61,669 nt of DNA from Pseudomonadota bacterium (GCA_041178225.1 JBEGVV010000167.1:1-61669), one strand, 5' to 3'; counted from the stretch's first letter, positions 10,798 through 22,582 are shown. Translations and numbers: made by a program. The notes: a model not told the origin generated them from the sequence alone.

Positions 10798-11591
10798 TTT
10801 TCGATCTTGGGCAGCGTGACCGCCCGCATCTCGGCGCTGCGCATGAACTCGATGATCGAGTTCACGGCGGCGTTGTCCGGGTAGAGCGAGGCGACGTCGT
10901 CGAGCCGCTCGGCCATCGTCCCCTCCTGCGCGAAGAGGAGGCGATAGGCCGTGCGCAGGGCCTGGATGTCGAGGCGGCTGAAGTTGCGCCGCTTCAGCCC
11001 GACGACGTTGAGGCCGCCGAGGCGCGCGCGCTCCCCCATCACGAGGCCGAACGGGATGACGTCGGCCTCGACGCCCGACATGCCGCCGATCATCGCATGC
11101 GGCCCGATGCGCACGAACTGGTGGACGGCGGACAGCCCGCCCAGGATCGCGAAGTCGCCCACGCGCACGTGGCCGCCGAGGGTCGCGTGGTTCACCATCA
11201 CGACGTGGTTTCCGACCTGGCAGTCGTGGGCGACATGCGCGCTGATCATGAACAGGCAGTTGTCCCCGATCCGGGTGACGCCGCCGCCGCCGGTCGTGCC
11301 GGGATGCATGGTGACATGCTCGCGGATGACGTTGTTCGAGCCGATCTCGAGCCGGGTCTCCTCGCCGCGGTACTTCATGTCCTGCGGCGGGTGGCCGATC
11401 ACCGCGAAGGGGAAGATGCGCGTGCCCTTCCCGACCTCGGTGATGCCGTCGACGCAGACATGGCTGACGAGCGCGACGCCGTCGCCGAGCCGCACCTTGG
11501 GCCCGACCACGCAATAGGGGCCGATGGTGACGTCCGCGCCGAGTTGCGCGCCGTCCGCGACGATCGCCGTCGGGTGGATGCCGGCCATCAT
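10794..11591 (-). CDS. lpxA: UDP-N-acetylglucosamine O-acyltransferase
   Basis: IHPTAIV hexapeptide repeats, PQDMKY, HVAHDC, HQF and GLKRR motifs. Confidence 0.97.
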   Translation of the reverse strand: MMAGIHPTAIVADGAQLGADVTIGPYCVVGPKVRLGDGVALVSHVCVDGITEVGKGTRIFPFAVIGHPPQDMKYRGEETRLEIGSNNVIREHVTMHPGTTGGGGVTRIGDNCLFMISAHVAHDCQVGNHVVMVNHATLGGHVRVGDFAILGGLSAVHQFVRIGPHAMIGGMSGVEADVIPFGLVMGERARLGGLNVVGLKRRNFSRLDIQALRTAYRLLFAQEGTMAERLDDVASLYPDNAAVNSIIEFMRSAEMRAVTLPKIEK

Positions 11592-12070
11592 CGGTCCATG
11601 ATCATCGCGGAGTAGGTCGCCTCGGCGCAGAGCGCGCCGTCGACCCGCGCCTCGGCGCTGAACTTCCACACGGGACCGCGGCTGCGCTCCTTGCGGCAAT
11701 GGATCATGACGCGGTCGCCCGGCCCGATCGGCTTGCGGAAGCGCGCCTCGTCGATGGTCATGAAGTAGACGAGCTTGCCCTCGTTCTCCGGGCCGAGCTT
11801 CTCGACGACGATCACCGCCGCGGTCTGCGCCATGGCCTCGATCAGGAGCACGCCCGGCATCACGGGGCGCGCGGGGAAGTGGCCCTGGAAGAAGGGCTCG
11901 TTGATCGTGACGTTCTTGACGCCGACGCAGCTCTCGCCCGAGACGAGGTCGACGACGCGGTCGATCATCAGGAACGGGTAGCGGTGCGGGATCATCTGCA
12001 TGATCCGGTTGATGTCGATCTCCTTGCGCGCCGGCACCGCCTGCTGCTCCTGCGCCTGGTCGTTCTGCAT
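11588..12070 (-). CDS. fabZ: 3-hydroxyacyl-ACP dehydratase
   Basis: [11 protein letters not shown] and [20 protein letters not shown] motifs. Confidence 0.97.
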   Translation of the reverse strand: MQNDQAQEQQAVPARKEIDINRIMQMIPHRYPFLMIDRVVDLVSGESCVGVKNVTINEPFFQGHFPARPVMPGVLLIEAMAQTAAVIVVEKLGPENEGKLVYFMTIDEARFRKPIGPGDRVMIHCRKERSRGPVWKFSAEARVDGALCAEATYSAMIMDR

Positions 12071-12079
12071 GCCGCTGCC

Positions 12080-13129
12080 TCACTCCTCCGGGTTGCTGCC
12101 TTCGGCTTCGCCGCCGCGGCGGCGGGCCAGCATGCGGACCGCGCCGGCTATGCGCCGGAACTCGCGGATCGGCACCGCGGGATAGCCCCCGACCACCTCG
12201 CCGGCGCGAATGTCGCGATGGACGCCGCTCTTGGCGGCGACCTGCGCGCCGCTGGCGAGGTGGAGGTGGCCCGAGACGCCGACCTGGCCGCCGATGACGA
12301 CGAAGTCGTCGAGCCGCGTCGAACCCGATATGCCCGCCTGCCCCACGATCACGCAGCCTCGCCCGATGCGAACGTTGTGCGCGATCTGGACAAGGTTGTC
12401 GATCACCGTGCCATGGCCGATCACCGTGTCGCCCACGCTGCCGCGGTCGATCGTCGTGTTCGCGCCGATCTCGACGTCGTCGCCGATGATGACGCGGCCA
12501 AGCTGCGGCACCTTCACGTGGCCGCCCGGCCCGAGCGCGTAGCCGAAGCCATCCTGGCCGATGCGCACGCCCGGGAAGACCCTCACGCGCTCGCCGACGA
12601 GCGCGTGCGAGATCGTCGCGTTGGAGCCGACGCGCGTGTCGGCGCCGATCGAGACGCCCGGGCCGATCACGCTGTTGGCCCCGATCGAGGCGCGCGCGCC
12701 GAGCGTCGCGCCCGCCCCGATGACGGCGCCCGCCGCGACGCTGGCGCCCTCTCCGATCGAGCAGCCGGGGCCGACCGTGGCCGAGGGGTGGATGCCCGCC
12801 GGCTCGGCGGGCTCGGGATGGAGCGCAGCCGCCACCAGGGCATAGCCGCGATAGGGCTCGTCGCAAAGCACCAGAGCCATGCCGGCAGGCGAAAGCTCCG
12901 CGAGGCGCGGATGGACGATGCAGGCGCCCGCGCGCGAGGCGCGGAAGGCGGGGATATAGCGGCGGTTCTCGAGGAAGCTGATGTCGGAGGGGCCGGCATC
13001 CGCCAGGGTGGCTATGCTCGCGAAGGCCAGCGAGGGATCGCTTCCAGGTGCGACCTTCCCGCCCGCGACCTCGGCGATCGCCGCCAGGGTCATGGACCGG
13101 ATGCCGGGGAAGAAGCGCGGGTCGGCCAT
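12080..13129 (-). CDS. lpxD: UDP-3-O-acylglucosamine N-acyltransferase
   Basis: [24 protein letters not shown] and [10 protein letters not shown] motifs. Confidence 0.97.
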   Translation of the reverse strand: MADPRFFPGIRSMTLAAIAEVAGGKVAPGSDPSLAFASIATLADAGPSDISFLENRRYIPAFRASRAGACIVHPRLAELSPAGMALVLCDEPYRGYALVAAALHPEPAEPAGIHPSATVGPGCSIGEGASVAAGAVIGAGATLGARASIGANSVIGPGVSIGADTRVGSNATISHALVGERVRVFPGVRIGQDGFGYALGPGGHVKVPQLGRVIIGDDVEIGANTTIDRGSVGDTVIGHGTVIDNLVQIAHNVRIGRGCVIVGQAGISGSTRLDDFVVIGGQVGVSGHLHLASGAQVAAKSGVHRDIRAGEVVGGYPAVPIREFRRIAGAVRMLARRRGGEAEGSNPEE

Positions 13130-13147
13130 GCTCGACGCGACCCGACG

Positions 13148-13933
13148 TCAGTTCGCCGGGATCTGCAGGGGCACGGTCGGCAGGCGCTTGTTGACCCTCG
13201 CGAGCACCTCGCCGGTGATCTCGAGCGCGCCCTGGTGGATCACCACCTGGCTCTTGTCGAGGATCACCTGGTAGCCACGGTCCTGCACGACCTCGACGGT
13301 GGACTGCAGCATGGCCTGGTAGACCCGCTGCTCGGCCTCCCCGAAGGCGCGGTCAAGCGCGCGCGTACGACCCTGCAGCCGCGACTGGGCGTCCGACGCG
13401 CGCTTCTGGAGATCGCGCGCCCGCCTCTCGAGCTGGTCGGCGGGCACCTGGCCGCGCTGGCGCTGGAGCTCCGCCTGCGCGTTCTTGAGTTCCTGCTCCT
13501 GCTTCTGCACCTCGGCGCGCATGCTGGCGCCCACCTGCTCGGCCTGCTGGCGCAACGCCAGCCCCGCGCTCGACTGGGAAAGCACGAGGCGGCTGTCGAG
13601 GATGACCACCGACGTCCCGGCGGGCGGCAGCTCCGCCGGAAAATTCGGAAGCCGGGGCTGCGGCGGCGGCGGCATCGCCTGACCGGGCTGCTGCGCGGGC
13701 TGGGCAGGTTGCGCGGGCTGGGCGGGTTGCGCGGGCTGCGCGGCAGGCTGCTGCGGGCGCGGCTGGGCCTGCTGGGTCTGGGGGCGCGGCGCCGGACGCT
13801 GCTGCTGCGGCGGCGGCTGCTGCGGCTGCTGCTGGGGAGGAGGCGCCTGCAGCTGGACCTGTGCACTCGCGTCCAGGAGCGGGGCCAGTGCGATGCACAG
13901 GGCGAGGCTGGTGCGGCCGATTGCGTTCATCAT
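13148..13933 (-). CDS. skp: OmpH/Skp periplasmic chaperone with long Gln/Pro-rich N-terminal extension
   Basis: Signal peptide, coiled-coil core, EITGEVLARVNKRLP C-terminus; lies between bamA and lpxD. Confidence 0.85.
   Translation of the reverse strand: MMNAIGRTSLALCIALAPLLDASAQVQLQAPPPQQQPQQPPPQQQRPAPRPQTQQAQPRPQQPAAQPAQPAQPAQPAQPAQQPGQAMPPPPQPRLPNFPAELPPAGTSVVILDSRLVLSQSSAGLALRQQAEQVGASMRAEVQKQEQELKNAQAELQRQRGQVPADQLERRARDLQKRASDAQSRLQGRTRALDRAFGEAEQRVYQAMLQSTVEVVQDRGYQVILDKSQVVIHQGALEITGEVLARVNKRLPTVPLQIPAN
13684..13850 (-). repeat. Low-complexity Gln/Pro coding tract including tandem 9-bp (AQP) repeats
   Basis: Encodes QAPPPQQQPQQPPPQQQ...AQPAQPAQPAQPAQPAQQP. Confidence 0.8.
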
Positions 13934-13956
13934 GGTCCCGTGCCGGATTGGATCGG

Positions 13957-16242
13957 TCAGAAGCGTGAGCCGAAGCTGAAGCGGAAGATCTCGTCGCGGT
14001 CGTAGCTTTCCTTCACCACGGGCGTGGCCACGCTCAGGCGGATCGGCCCAAGCGGCGACCGCCAGGACAGGCCAAGCCCGACGGAGGCGCGGATCGAGTT
14101 CTCGTCGACGACCGACGGCCCATTGGCATCGGTGTCCCAGAGGCTGCCGAAGTCGCTGAACGCGAAGGTCCGCATGCCGACCTCGCGCGGGATCCCGACC
14201 GGGAATGACAGGGAGGCGGTGCCGACGACATAGCGCTTGCCGCCCAGCGAGTCGCCGGTGGACGTGTCGCGCGGACCGATGCCGGCGGACCTGAAGCCGC
14301 GGAAGTTGTCGCCGCCGACGAAGAAGCGCTGGTTGATGCGCACGGCCTCGCCCATGTCGTAGATGAAGCCGGACTCGCTCGTCAGGCTGCCGATGAAGTC
14401 CTCGGAGAAGGGATAATAGGCACCCGCGGAAAGCCGGTTGCGCAGCCAGTTGCTGTCGCCGCCGAAGCCCGCGAGGTCCTGGGAGAGCCTGATGAAGTAG
14501 CCGTCGGTCGGATCGAAGCGGTCGTCGCGACGATCGTAGAGCAGGTCGTGCCCCGGCCCGTAGGTCCTGTACGTCCCGACCTGCTCGCGGATGAAGCGCG
14601 AGGCGTTCGAGCTCACGTTCTGGATGGTTTCGCTGCGGGCGAAGACGCGCACCGTGTGGCGCAGGTTCTCGGACATCTCGTAGCGGGCGCGGACGGTCCC
14701 GCCATAGCTGTCGACGTCGTAGCTGGCTTCGCGCTGGAAGTTGCGGTTGACCTTGAAGATGTCCAGCCCCGCCGCGACGTTGGTGTCGAAGAGGTAGGGC
14801 TCCTCGAAGCTGAAGTCGATCTCCTGGCGCTTTCCGGACACCATGCCGCCGATCATCAGGTCCTGGCCGCGTCCGAGCAGGTTGCGCTCCCTCAGCCTGA
14901 TGTCGGCGAGCGGGCCGTCGGAGGAGGAGAAGCCGAAGCCGAAGCTGATCTCGCCGGTGGAACGCTCCTGCACGTCGACGTTCACGATGGTCCGGTCGGG
15001 CGACTCCCCCGGGACATTGGTCACGTCGGCCTTGTCGAAGAAGCCAAGGTAGCGGAGGCGCTGGCGCGAGCGGCGCATCTTCGCGGAATTGAACGCGTCA
15101 CCCTCGGCCAGCCGCATCTCGCGGCGCACGACCTTGTCGAGCGTGCGCGTATTGCCGTTGATGTTGATCCTGTCGACGTAGACCCGCGGTCCCTCCTGGA
15201 CCTCGTAGGCGACCGCGATGGCCTTGCGCTCGCGGTCGCGCGAGATGCGCGGCCGGATGTCCACGAACGCGAAGCCCAGCGCGCCGATCCTGTCCGTCAT
15301 CCGCTGCACCGACTGGTCGACCTGGTCGGCGTCGTACCAGGCCCCCTCCTCGGTGAGGACCGAGCCCCGCACCTGCTCGGGCTTCAGGTCGCGCAGCGTC
15401 GACTGGATGTCGACCTTCCCGAAGCGATAGCGCTCGCCCTCGTCGACCGTGAACGTGACGAAGAAGGATTCGCGGTCCGGCGTCAGCTCGGCGACCGCGG
15501 ACACGACCCGGAAATCCGCGTAGCCCTGCGCGAGGTAGAACTTGCGCAGCAATTCGCGGTCGAAGGAGATGCGGTCGGGGTCGTAGGTGTCGGCCGTGGA
15601 CAGGAACCTGTACCAGCGGCTCTCCTTCGTGTTGAGGACGTCGCGCAGCCGCGCCTCGGAGAAGTGCTGGTTGCCGACGAAGGCGATCTTGCGCACCGAC
15701 GTCACGTCGCCCTCGACGACCTCGAAGGCGATGTCGACGCGGTTCTGCGGCAGCTCGATCACCTTCGGCTCCACGGTCGCGGCGAAGCGGCCGGCGCGAC
15801 GGTAGATGTCGATCAGGCGCTTGACGTCGTTCTGCACCTTCGTGCGCGTGTAGACCTGGCGCGGCTTGAGCTGGATCTCCTGGATCAGCACCTCGTCCGT
15901 GAGCTTGCGGTTGCCCTCGAACTGGATGCGATTGACGATCGGGTTCTCCACCACCTTCGCCACGAGCCTCGACCCCTGCCTGTCGATCGTGACGTCCGAG
16001 AAGAGACCGGTCGCGAAGAGGGCCTTCATGGACCGGTCGAGCTTGTCGGCATCCACCTGGTCGCCTGGCCGCAGGAGGAGGTAGGAGCGCACGGTCGCGG
16101 GGTCGATCCGCTGGGTCCCCTCGACGACGACCTCCGTGATGGTCTGCGCGCGCGCCGGGCCGGGCGGCAGCGCGACGGCGGCCGCGAGCACGGCGAGGGC
16201 AAGGGCGACGAGGCGCGACAGGGACGACCGTAGTCTAGGCAA
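13957..16242 (-). CDS. bamA: Outer membrane protein assembly factor BamA
   Basis: POTRA repeats (VEGTQRID, FEGN), FRGF loop-6 motif, terminal FSFGSRF; TTG start is approximate. Confidence 0.97.
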   Translation of the reverse strand: MPRLRSSLSRLVALALAVLAAAVALPPGPARAQTITEVVVEGTQRIDPATVRSYLLLRPGDQVDADKLDRSMKALFATGLFSDVTIDRQGSRLVAKVVENPIVNRIQFEGNRKLTDEVLIQEIQLKPRQVYTRTKVQNDVKRLIDIYRRAGRFAATVEPKVIELPQNRVDIAFEVVEGDVTSVRKIAFVGNQHFSEARLRDVLNTKESRWYRFLSTADTYDPDRISFDRELLRKFYLAQGYADFRVVSAVAELTPDRESFFVTFTVDEGERYRFGKVDIQSTLRDLKPEQVRGSVLTEEGAWYDADQVDQSVQRMTDRIGALGFAFVDIRPRISRDRERKAIAVAYEVQEGPRVYVDRININGNTRTLDKVVRREMRLAEGDAFNSAKMRRSRQRLRYLGFFDKADVTNVPGESPDRTIVNVDVQERSTGEISFGFGFSSSDGPLADIRLRERNLLGRGQDLMIGGMVSGKRQEIDFSFEEPYLFDTNVAAGLDIFKVNRNFQREASYDVDSYGGTVRARYEMSENLRHTVRVFARSETIQNVSSNASRFIREQVGTYRTYGPGHDLLYDRRDDRFDPTDGYFIRLSQDLAGFGGDSNWLRNRLSAGAYYPFSEDFIGSLTSESGFIYDMGEAVRINQRFFVGGDNFRGFRSAGIGPRDTSTGDSLGGKRYVVGTASLSFPVGIPREVGMRTFAFSDFGSLWDTDANGPSVVDENSIRASVGLGLSWRSPLGPIRLSVATPVVKESYDRDEIFRFSFGSRF

Positions 16243-16293
16243 GAGCCGGGACCTTCATGGCGACATCGGCCGGAAGGCGCGGATCCCCGCGCC

Positions 16294-17436
16294 TCAGCCG
16301 ACCAGGTTGACGAGCCATTGCACGACGCGCCACCGGAGAAGGTCCTGCCACGTCGCGAACAGCATCAGGCTGAGTACCAGAACGAGGCCGACGCGGAAAC
16401 CGTATTCCTGCGCCCGCGGGCCGAGCGGCCGCCCCCTGATCGCCTCGATCGCGTAGAGGACGAGATGCCCGCCGTCGAGGACGGGTATCGGGAAAAGGTT
16501 GATGAGCCCGAGGCTTATCGACAGCGTCGCCATCAGGGCGACCAGGGAGCCCCATCCTGCCCGCGCCGCCTCGCCCGACACGCGCGCGATCCCGAGGGGC
16601 CCGCTGAGTTCCTCCGCGCCGCGCCGGCCGACCAGCATCTGGCCGACCGCCTTCAAGGTTCCTGTGGTCTGGCTCCAGGTCTCCTCGACGGCGTAGTAGA
16701 TGGCGAGCACCGGGGACCTGATCTCCTCGCTCTCCCGCTGGCCGCTCGAGCGGATCCCGAGTCGCGCCATGCGCGACCTGTTGCCGAGCAGGTCGGTGTC
16801 CTCGACGATCCTCGGGGTCAGCGTGGTGCGCAACCGCTGGTCGCCGCGCATGTATTCGATCTCGAGCGGCCGGTCGAGGTTGAGCAGGACCGTGCGCTGG
16901 ATCTGCTCGAACCTGTCGATCCGGCTCCCGTCGATCGCGAGGATCCGGTCGCCCGGGCGCAGGCCCGCCTGGTCGGCAGGCATTCCCTCGATCGTCGAGC
17001 CGACGACGGGGGGCGTGAAGGGACGCCCGGAGGCAACGAACAGGCAGGCGAAGACGAGGATGGCGAAGAGGAAGTTCGCCGCCGGGCCGGCCGCGACGAT
17101 CGCCGCGCGCCAGGCCAGGCTCTTGTGGGGAAAGGCGGTGCTCCGCTCCTCCGCCGACATCGTCGCGGCGGCGGCATGGTCGGGCGCGCTCGACGCGTCG
17201 GCGTCGCCATGCATCTTCACGTAGCCGCCGAGCGGCAGCCACGCGATCTTCCAGCGTGTCCCGTGGCGGTCGTTCCACCCGAATATCTCCGGGCCGAAGC
17301 CCACCGAGAAGACCTCGACGCGGACGCCGGCCCTGCGCGCCACCCAGAAATGCCCGAGCTCGTGCACGAAGACGAGGATCGTGAGCACGACCAGGAACGG
17401 GATGATGTAGCTCGGCAGGCTGGCTATGAAGTCCAT
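16294..17436 (-). CDS. rseP: RIP metalloprotease RseP
   Basis: HELGH, PLGGYVKM, AGPAAN, PDZ domain and NLFPIPVLDGG motifs. Confidence 0.96.
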   Translation of the reverse strand: MDFIASLPSYIIPFLVVLTILVFVHELGHFWVARRAGVRVEVFSVGFGPEIFGWNDRHGTRWKIAWLPLGGYVKMHGDADASSAPDHAAAATMSAEERSTAFPHKSLAWRAAIVAAGPAANFLFAILVFACLFVASGRPFTPPVVGSTIEGMPADQAGLRPGDRILAIDGSRIDRFEQIQRTVLLNLDRPLEIEYMRGDQRLRTTLTPRIVEDTDLLGNRSRMARLGIRSSGQRESEEIRSPVLAIYYAVEETWSQTTGTLKAVGQMLVGRRGAEELSGPLGIARVSGEAARAGWGSLVALMATLSISLGLINLFPIPVLDGGHLVLYAIEAIRGRPLGPRAQEYGFRVGLVLVLSLMLFATWQDLLRWRVVQWLVNLVG

Positions 17437-18405
17437 GTTTTCTTCCAATGCCTTGGTAGCGTTTCCTGTCAGCTCGGACGAGCGGGCGGCCGCGGTTGGA
17501 GCATCTGCCTGGTAACGCAGGTATTTCAATTCCCTGGATGGTGAAGTTCAGGGGTCGCCCGGCTCCGTCATCGCCACGCCAGGACGCCCCCCGCGCTCGC
17601 CCACTGGAACACCGCGAGGCATGCGGCGGCGGCCACGAGGCCGTCGACCCTGTCCATCATCCCGCCATGGCCCGGTATGAGCCCGCTGGCGTCCTTCGCG
17701 CCGAAGTGGCGCTTGAAGGCCGATTCGGCAAGGTCTCCGGCCTGCGCGACCACCGCGAGGATGGCGCCAGCCCCCGCAAGCACGGGCGCCGAGGGCGCCT
17801 GGCCATCCAGCGCCGACACGACGAGCCCCACCCCGGCGCTTGACGCGACCGCCCCGCCCAGTCCCGCCCAGGTCTTCTTGGGGGAAATGCGTGGTGCGAG
17901 GAGCGGGCCGCCGATCAGTCGGCCGGCGAAGAAGGCGCCCGTGTCGGAGGCCGCGACCGCCAGCACGAGCCAGAGGATCATGCGCTCGCCCGAAGCGTCG
18001 TGCCCCCTCAGCCAGACCAGCGCCACCACCGGCAACGCGACGTAGAGCACCCCGGCGGCCGCCCATGCCGGCGCCGGACGGGACATGGCGCGCGCGATGG
18101 CGAGGGCCATGGCGGCCCCGAAGGTCGCGAGCGCGAGCGCGGCAGCCGTGCGGTCGAGATGCGCGAGCGCGATGCAGGCCAGCGGGACGAGGACCGCGAG
18201 CCATCCCGGCAGGCCGAAGCGGCCCGCCGAGGAGAGACGCGTCCATTCGGAGGCCATCGCCGCCGCGCAGAAGGCCACGAGGAAGGCGAAGGCGACGTCG
18301 CCCATGAGGATGCCGGCGCCCGCGATGGCGGCCATGAGCGCGCCATAGATCGTGCGCGTGCGAAGGCCCTCGGCCCAGCCGCCGCCGGAAGCCGCGCGGG
18401 GGGGC

Positions 18406-19144
<739 letters not shown>

Positions 19145-19152
<8 letters not shown>

Positions 19153-19705
19153 GCGCGACGTCTTTCTCCTTGGTGGCGAGCATGTCGTCGATCTTCTTGA
19201 TGAACTCGTCCGTGGCCTTCTGGACGTCGGCGCTGCGCTTGCGCAGTTCGTCCTCGTTGATCTTGCCGGCCTTCTCGAGCGCCTTCAGCGCCTCCATCCC
19301 GTCGCGGCGCACGTTGCGCACGGCGACGCGGGCCTGCTCGGCGTATTTATGCGCGACCTTGGCGAGTTCCTTGCGGCGATCCTCCGTCAGGGCGGGGATC
19401 GGCACGCGGATGAGCTGGCCCTCGGCCATCGGGTTGAGGCCAAGGTTCGACTCGCGGATCGCCTTCTCGACGGCCTTGACGAGCCCGCGGTCCCAGACCT
19501 GGACCGAGAGCATGCGCGGCTCGGGGACGCTCACCGTCCCGCACTGGTTGAGCGGCATGTGGCTGCCATAGGCGTCGACCTGGATCGGCTCCAGCATGTT
19601 CGCGGAGGCGCGTCCGGTCCTGAGGCCGGAGAACTCCTTCTTCAGGAGCTCGATCGCGCCGGTCATGCGGCGCTTCAGTTCATCGACATTGGCGTTCGCC
19701 GACAT
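19145..19705 (-). CDS. frr: Ribosome recycling factor
   Basis: [18 protein letters not shown] and VAVRNVRRD motifs. Confidence 0.97.
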
Positions 19706-19780
19706 GACGCGCTCCTCGCCCTCTTGGTCTTCGGCGCCCCCGGGCCAATCCCTGGGGGCCGCCGCCGGCTTGCCGCCGGG

Positions 19781-20533
19781 TCAGGACCGCTCGGGATCCG
19801 AGACGATCGTGCAGCGGCCCCTGCCCTGCATGACGTCCGCGAATCCGCCCGGCTCCTGGATCGAGAATACCAGAATCGGGATGTGGTTCTCGCGCGCCAG
19901 GCTGATGGCGGAGGCATCCATGACGCCAAGGTCGCGCGCCAGCACCTCGAGGTAGCCGAGCCGGTCGTAGCGCGTGGCGGTCGGGTCCTTCTTCGGGTCG
20001 GCACTGTAGACGCCGTCGACCTTCGTCGCCTTGAGCAGGGCGTCGCACCCCATCTCGGACGCGCGCAGCGCGGCCGCGGTGTCGGTCGTGAAGAAAGGAT
20101 TGCCCGTCCCCGCGGCGAAGATGACGACCCGCTTCTTCTCGAGGTGCCGTATCGCGCGCCGGCGGATATAGGGCTCGCAGACCGTCGACATCGGGATGGC
20201 GGAGAGCACCCGCGTGTGCACGCCCTGCTGCTCCAGCGCGTTCTGCATCGCCAGCGCGTTTATGACCGTGGCGAGCATGCCCATGTAGTCGGCCGAGGCG
20301 CGCTCCATGCCCTTCGCGGCGCCGGACACGCCGCGGAAGATGTTGCCTCCACCGATGACGACGGCGACCTCCACGCCCATGGCGAGCACGGACTTGATCT
20401 CGCCGGCCACGCGCACGACGGTCTGCGCGTCGAGGCCGTACTCGCCCGGGCCCATGAGGGCCTCGCCGGAGATCTTGAGCAGGACGCGCCTATAGCGCGC
20501 CCCGCCCGCGGATGCGTCCCGGGAAGCGCCCAT
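19781..20533 (-). CDS. pyrH: UMP kinase
   Basis: [17 protein letters not shown] and [10 protein letters not shown] motifs. Confidence 0.98.
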   Translation of the reverse strand: MGASRDASAGGARYRRVLLKISGEALMGPGEYGLDAQTVVRVAGEIKSVLAMGVEVAVVIGGGNIFRGVSGAAKGMERASADYMGMLATVINALAMQNALEQQGVHTRVLSAIPMSTVCEPYIRRRAIRHLEKKRVVIFAAGTGNPFFTTDTAAALRASEMGCDALLKATKVDGVYSADPKKDPTATRYDRLGYLEVLARDLGVMDASAISLARENHIPILVFSIQEPGGFADVMQGRGRCTIVSDPERS

Positions 20534-20552
20534 GTCCCCCTCTCCCCTCCGG

Positions 20553-21479
20553 TCAGTCGCGCTTGAGCTGCGCGGCGACCTCGGCCGCGAAGTCTTCCTG
20601 CTTCTTCTCGACGCCCTCGCCCAGGGCGTAGCGCACGAAGCCGGCCAGCTTCACCGGGGCGCCGAGCTCCTTCGCGGCCTTCGCCACGACGTCCTTCACG
20701 CGGCTCTCGCCGTCGACGACGTAGAGCTGCTCGAGCAGCACCGTCTCCTCGTAGAACTTGCGCAGGCGCCCCTCGACCATCTTCTCGACGACCTGGACCG
20801 GCTTGCCCGAGGCGGCGGCCTGCTCGGTCAGGATCGCGCGCTCGCGCTGGAGCGCCGCCGGATCGACGCTCGTGATGTCGAGCGCGGTCGGGTTCGCCGC
20901 CGCGACATGCATCGCGATCTGCTTGCCGAGCGCGGAGAGCGCGGCCGCGTCGGCCGTGGATTCGACCGCCACGAGGACGCCGATCTTCCCGAGCCCGGGG
21001 GCGGCGGCATTGTGCACGTAGCTCGTGACGACGCCCGCGGGCACCGACAGCGCCACGGCACGGCGCATGCTCATGTTCTCGCCGATCGTCGCGACGAGGT
21101 TCGTGAGCTTCTCGGCGACCGTGCCGCCGCCGGGGAAGGCGGCGGCCTTGGTCTTCTCGAGGTCGCCGCCGCACTGCAGCGCCACCTCGGCGGCCGCCTT
21201 GGCGAAGGCCTGGAACTGGTCGTTGCGCGCGACGAAGTCGGTCTCCGCGTTGACCTCGAGCACGGCGCCACGGGCACCAGACGCCGCCACGGCGACGAGG
21301 CCCTCGGCGGCGACGCGCCCGGCCTTCTTGGCGGCCGCGGCGAGGCCCTTCTTGCGCAGCCAGTCGACGGCGGCCTCGAGGTCGCCGGCGGTCTCGGTCA
21401 GCGCCTTCTTGCAGTCCATCATGCCGGCGCCGGTCTTCTCGCGAAGATCCTTGACGAGGCTTGCCGTGATCTCGGCCAT
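20553..21479 (-). CDS. tsf: Elongation factor Ts
   Basis: [16 protein letters not shown] and EVNAETDFV motifs. Confidence 0.98.
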   Translation of the reverse strand: MAEITASLVKDLREKTGAGMMDCKKALTETAGDLEAAVDWLRKKGLAAAAKKAGRVAAEGLVAVAASGARGAVLEVNAETDFVARNDQFQAFAKAAAEVALQCGGDLEKTKAAAFPGGGTVAEKLTNLVATIGENMSMRRAVALSVPAGVVTSYVHNAAAPGLGKIGVLVAVESTADAAALSALGKQIAMHVAAANPTALDITSVDPAALQRERAILTEQAAASGKPVQVVEKMVEGRLRKFYEETVLLEQLYVVDGESRVKDVVAKAAKELGAPVKLAGFVRYALGEGVEKKQEDFAAEVAAQLKRD

Positions 21480-21539
21480 GGCGATCGATCCTTCTCGTTG
21501 CATCGGACGGCGCCCCGGCGGGGCGCCGTCGCCACCTGT

Positions 21540-22439
21540 TCAGGCGTCCGGGGCGCGCTTCTTGGCGCGGGCGGCCGGCTTGCGGGCAGCCGGCTTCTTC
21601 GCCGCGGGCTTCGCGGCCTCCTCGCCACCGGCCGCATCGGCCGCGGGCGCCTCTGCCACCGCGCCGGCCTCTGCACCCGTCTCCGCCGCGGCCACGACGG
21701 CCTCGACCGGGGCCTCGTCCTGCGCGCCGACATCGATGCCCGAGGCGACCATCTCGGCCTGCAGTCCGTCGAGCACGGCGCCCGCGACCAGGTCGCAGTA
21801 GAGCTGGATCGCGCGCAGCGAGTCGTCGTTGCCCGGGATCGGGAAGCTGATGCCATCGGGGCTCGAGTTGGAGTCGAGGACCGCGACGACCGGCACGTTG
21901 AGGCGGCGGGCCTCCTCGACGGCGATCGCTTCCTTGTTCGTGTCGATGATGAACAGCATGTCCGGCAGGCCGCCCATCTCCTTGATGCCGCCCAGCGCGC
22001 GCTCGAGCTTGTCGCGCTCGCGGGTCAGGTTGAGCGTCTCCTTCTTCGTCAGGCCCTTGGTCTCGCCGCCGAGCTGCTCGTCGAGCTCGCGCAGGCGGCG
22101 GATGGAGTTCGAGATCGTCTTCCAGTTGGTCAGCATGCCGCCGAGCCAGCGATGGTTGACGAAGTACTGGCCGCAGCGCTGCGCGGCCGCCGCGATCGGC
22201 TCCTGCGCCTGGCGCTTCGTGCCGACGAACAGCACGCGGCCACCCTGCGACGTCACCTCGCGGATCGCCTGCAGCGCCTGCGACAGCAGCGGCACGGTCT
22301 GCTGGAGGTCGATGATGTGGACGTTGTTGCGGACGCCGAAGATGTACGACTGCATCTTCGGGTTCCAGCGACGGGTCTGGTGTCCGAAATGGACGCCGGC
22401 CTCGAGGAGCTGGCGCATGGAAAACTCGGGCATCGCCAT
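21540..22439 (-). CDS. rpsB: 30S ribosomal protein S2
   Basis: [26 protein letters not shown] and IPGNDD motifs. Confidence 0.98.
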   Translation of the reverse strand: MAMPEFSMRQLLEAGVHFGHQTRRWNPKMQSYIFGVRNNVHIIDLQQTVPLLSQALQAIREVTSQGGRVLFVGTKRQAQEPIAAAAQRCGQYFVNHRWLGGMLTNWKTISNSIRRLRELDEQLGGETKGLTKKETLNLTRERDKLERALGGIKEMGGLPDMLFIIDTNKEAIAVEEARRLNVPVVAVLDSNSSPDGISFPIPGNDDSLRAIQLYCDLVAGAVLDGLQAEMVASGIDVGAQDEAPVEAVVAAAETGAEAGAVAEAPAADAAGGEEAAKPAAKKPAARKPAARAKKRAPDA

Positions 22440-22449
22440 GTGGCGTATC

Positions 22450-22545
22450 CTTTCTCCGGTTCGACCGCCGCGGACCGAGCACCCTTCCGGGCACCGGAAA
22501 CGGGACCTGCCCCTGGGGCTGGCGCCGTGAAGTCCGCGTGAGTTT
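22450..22545 (-). ncRNA. rpsB 5' leader (S2 autoregulatory / t44-like element)
   Basis: Minus strand CACGCGGA...GGTGC..GGGTGC..TCCGCGG..AACCGG; CGCGGA pairs with TCCGCG to close a large stem directly upstream of rpsB. Confidence 0.65.
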
Positions 22546-22582
22546 TGAGCCCGGCGGGACCACCCCGCCTCAAGCCGCGCGG

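Noticed and set aside
13684-13760. Tandem repeats as a CRISPR or other DNA-level array
   Set aside because: 9-bp in-frame units with synonymous variation and no spacers; a protein low-complexity tract
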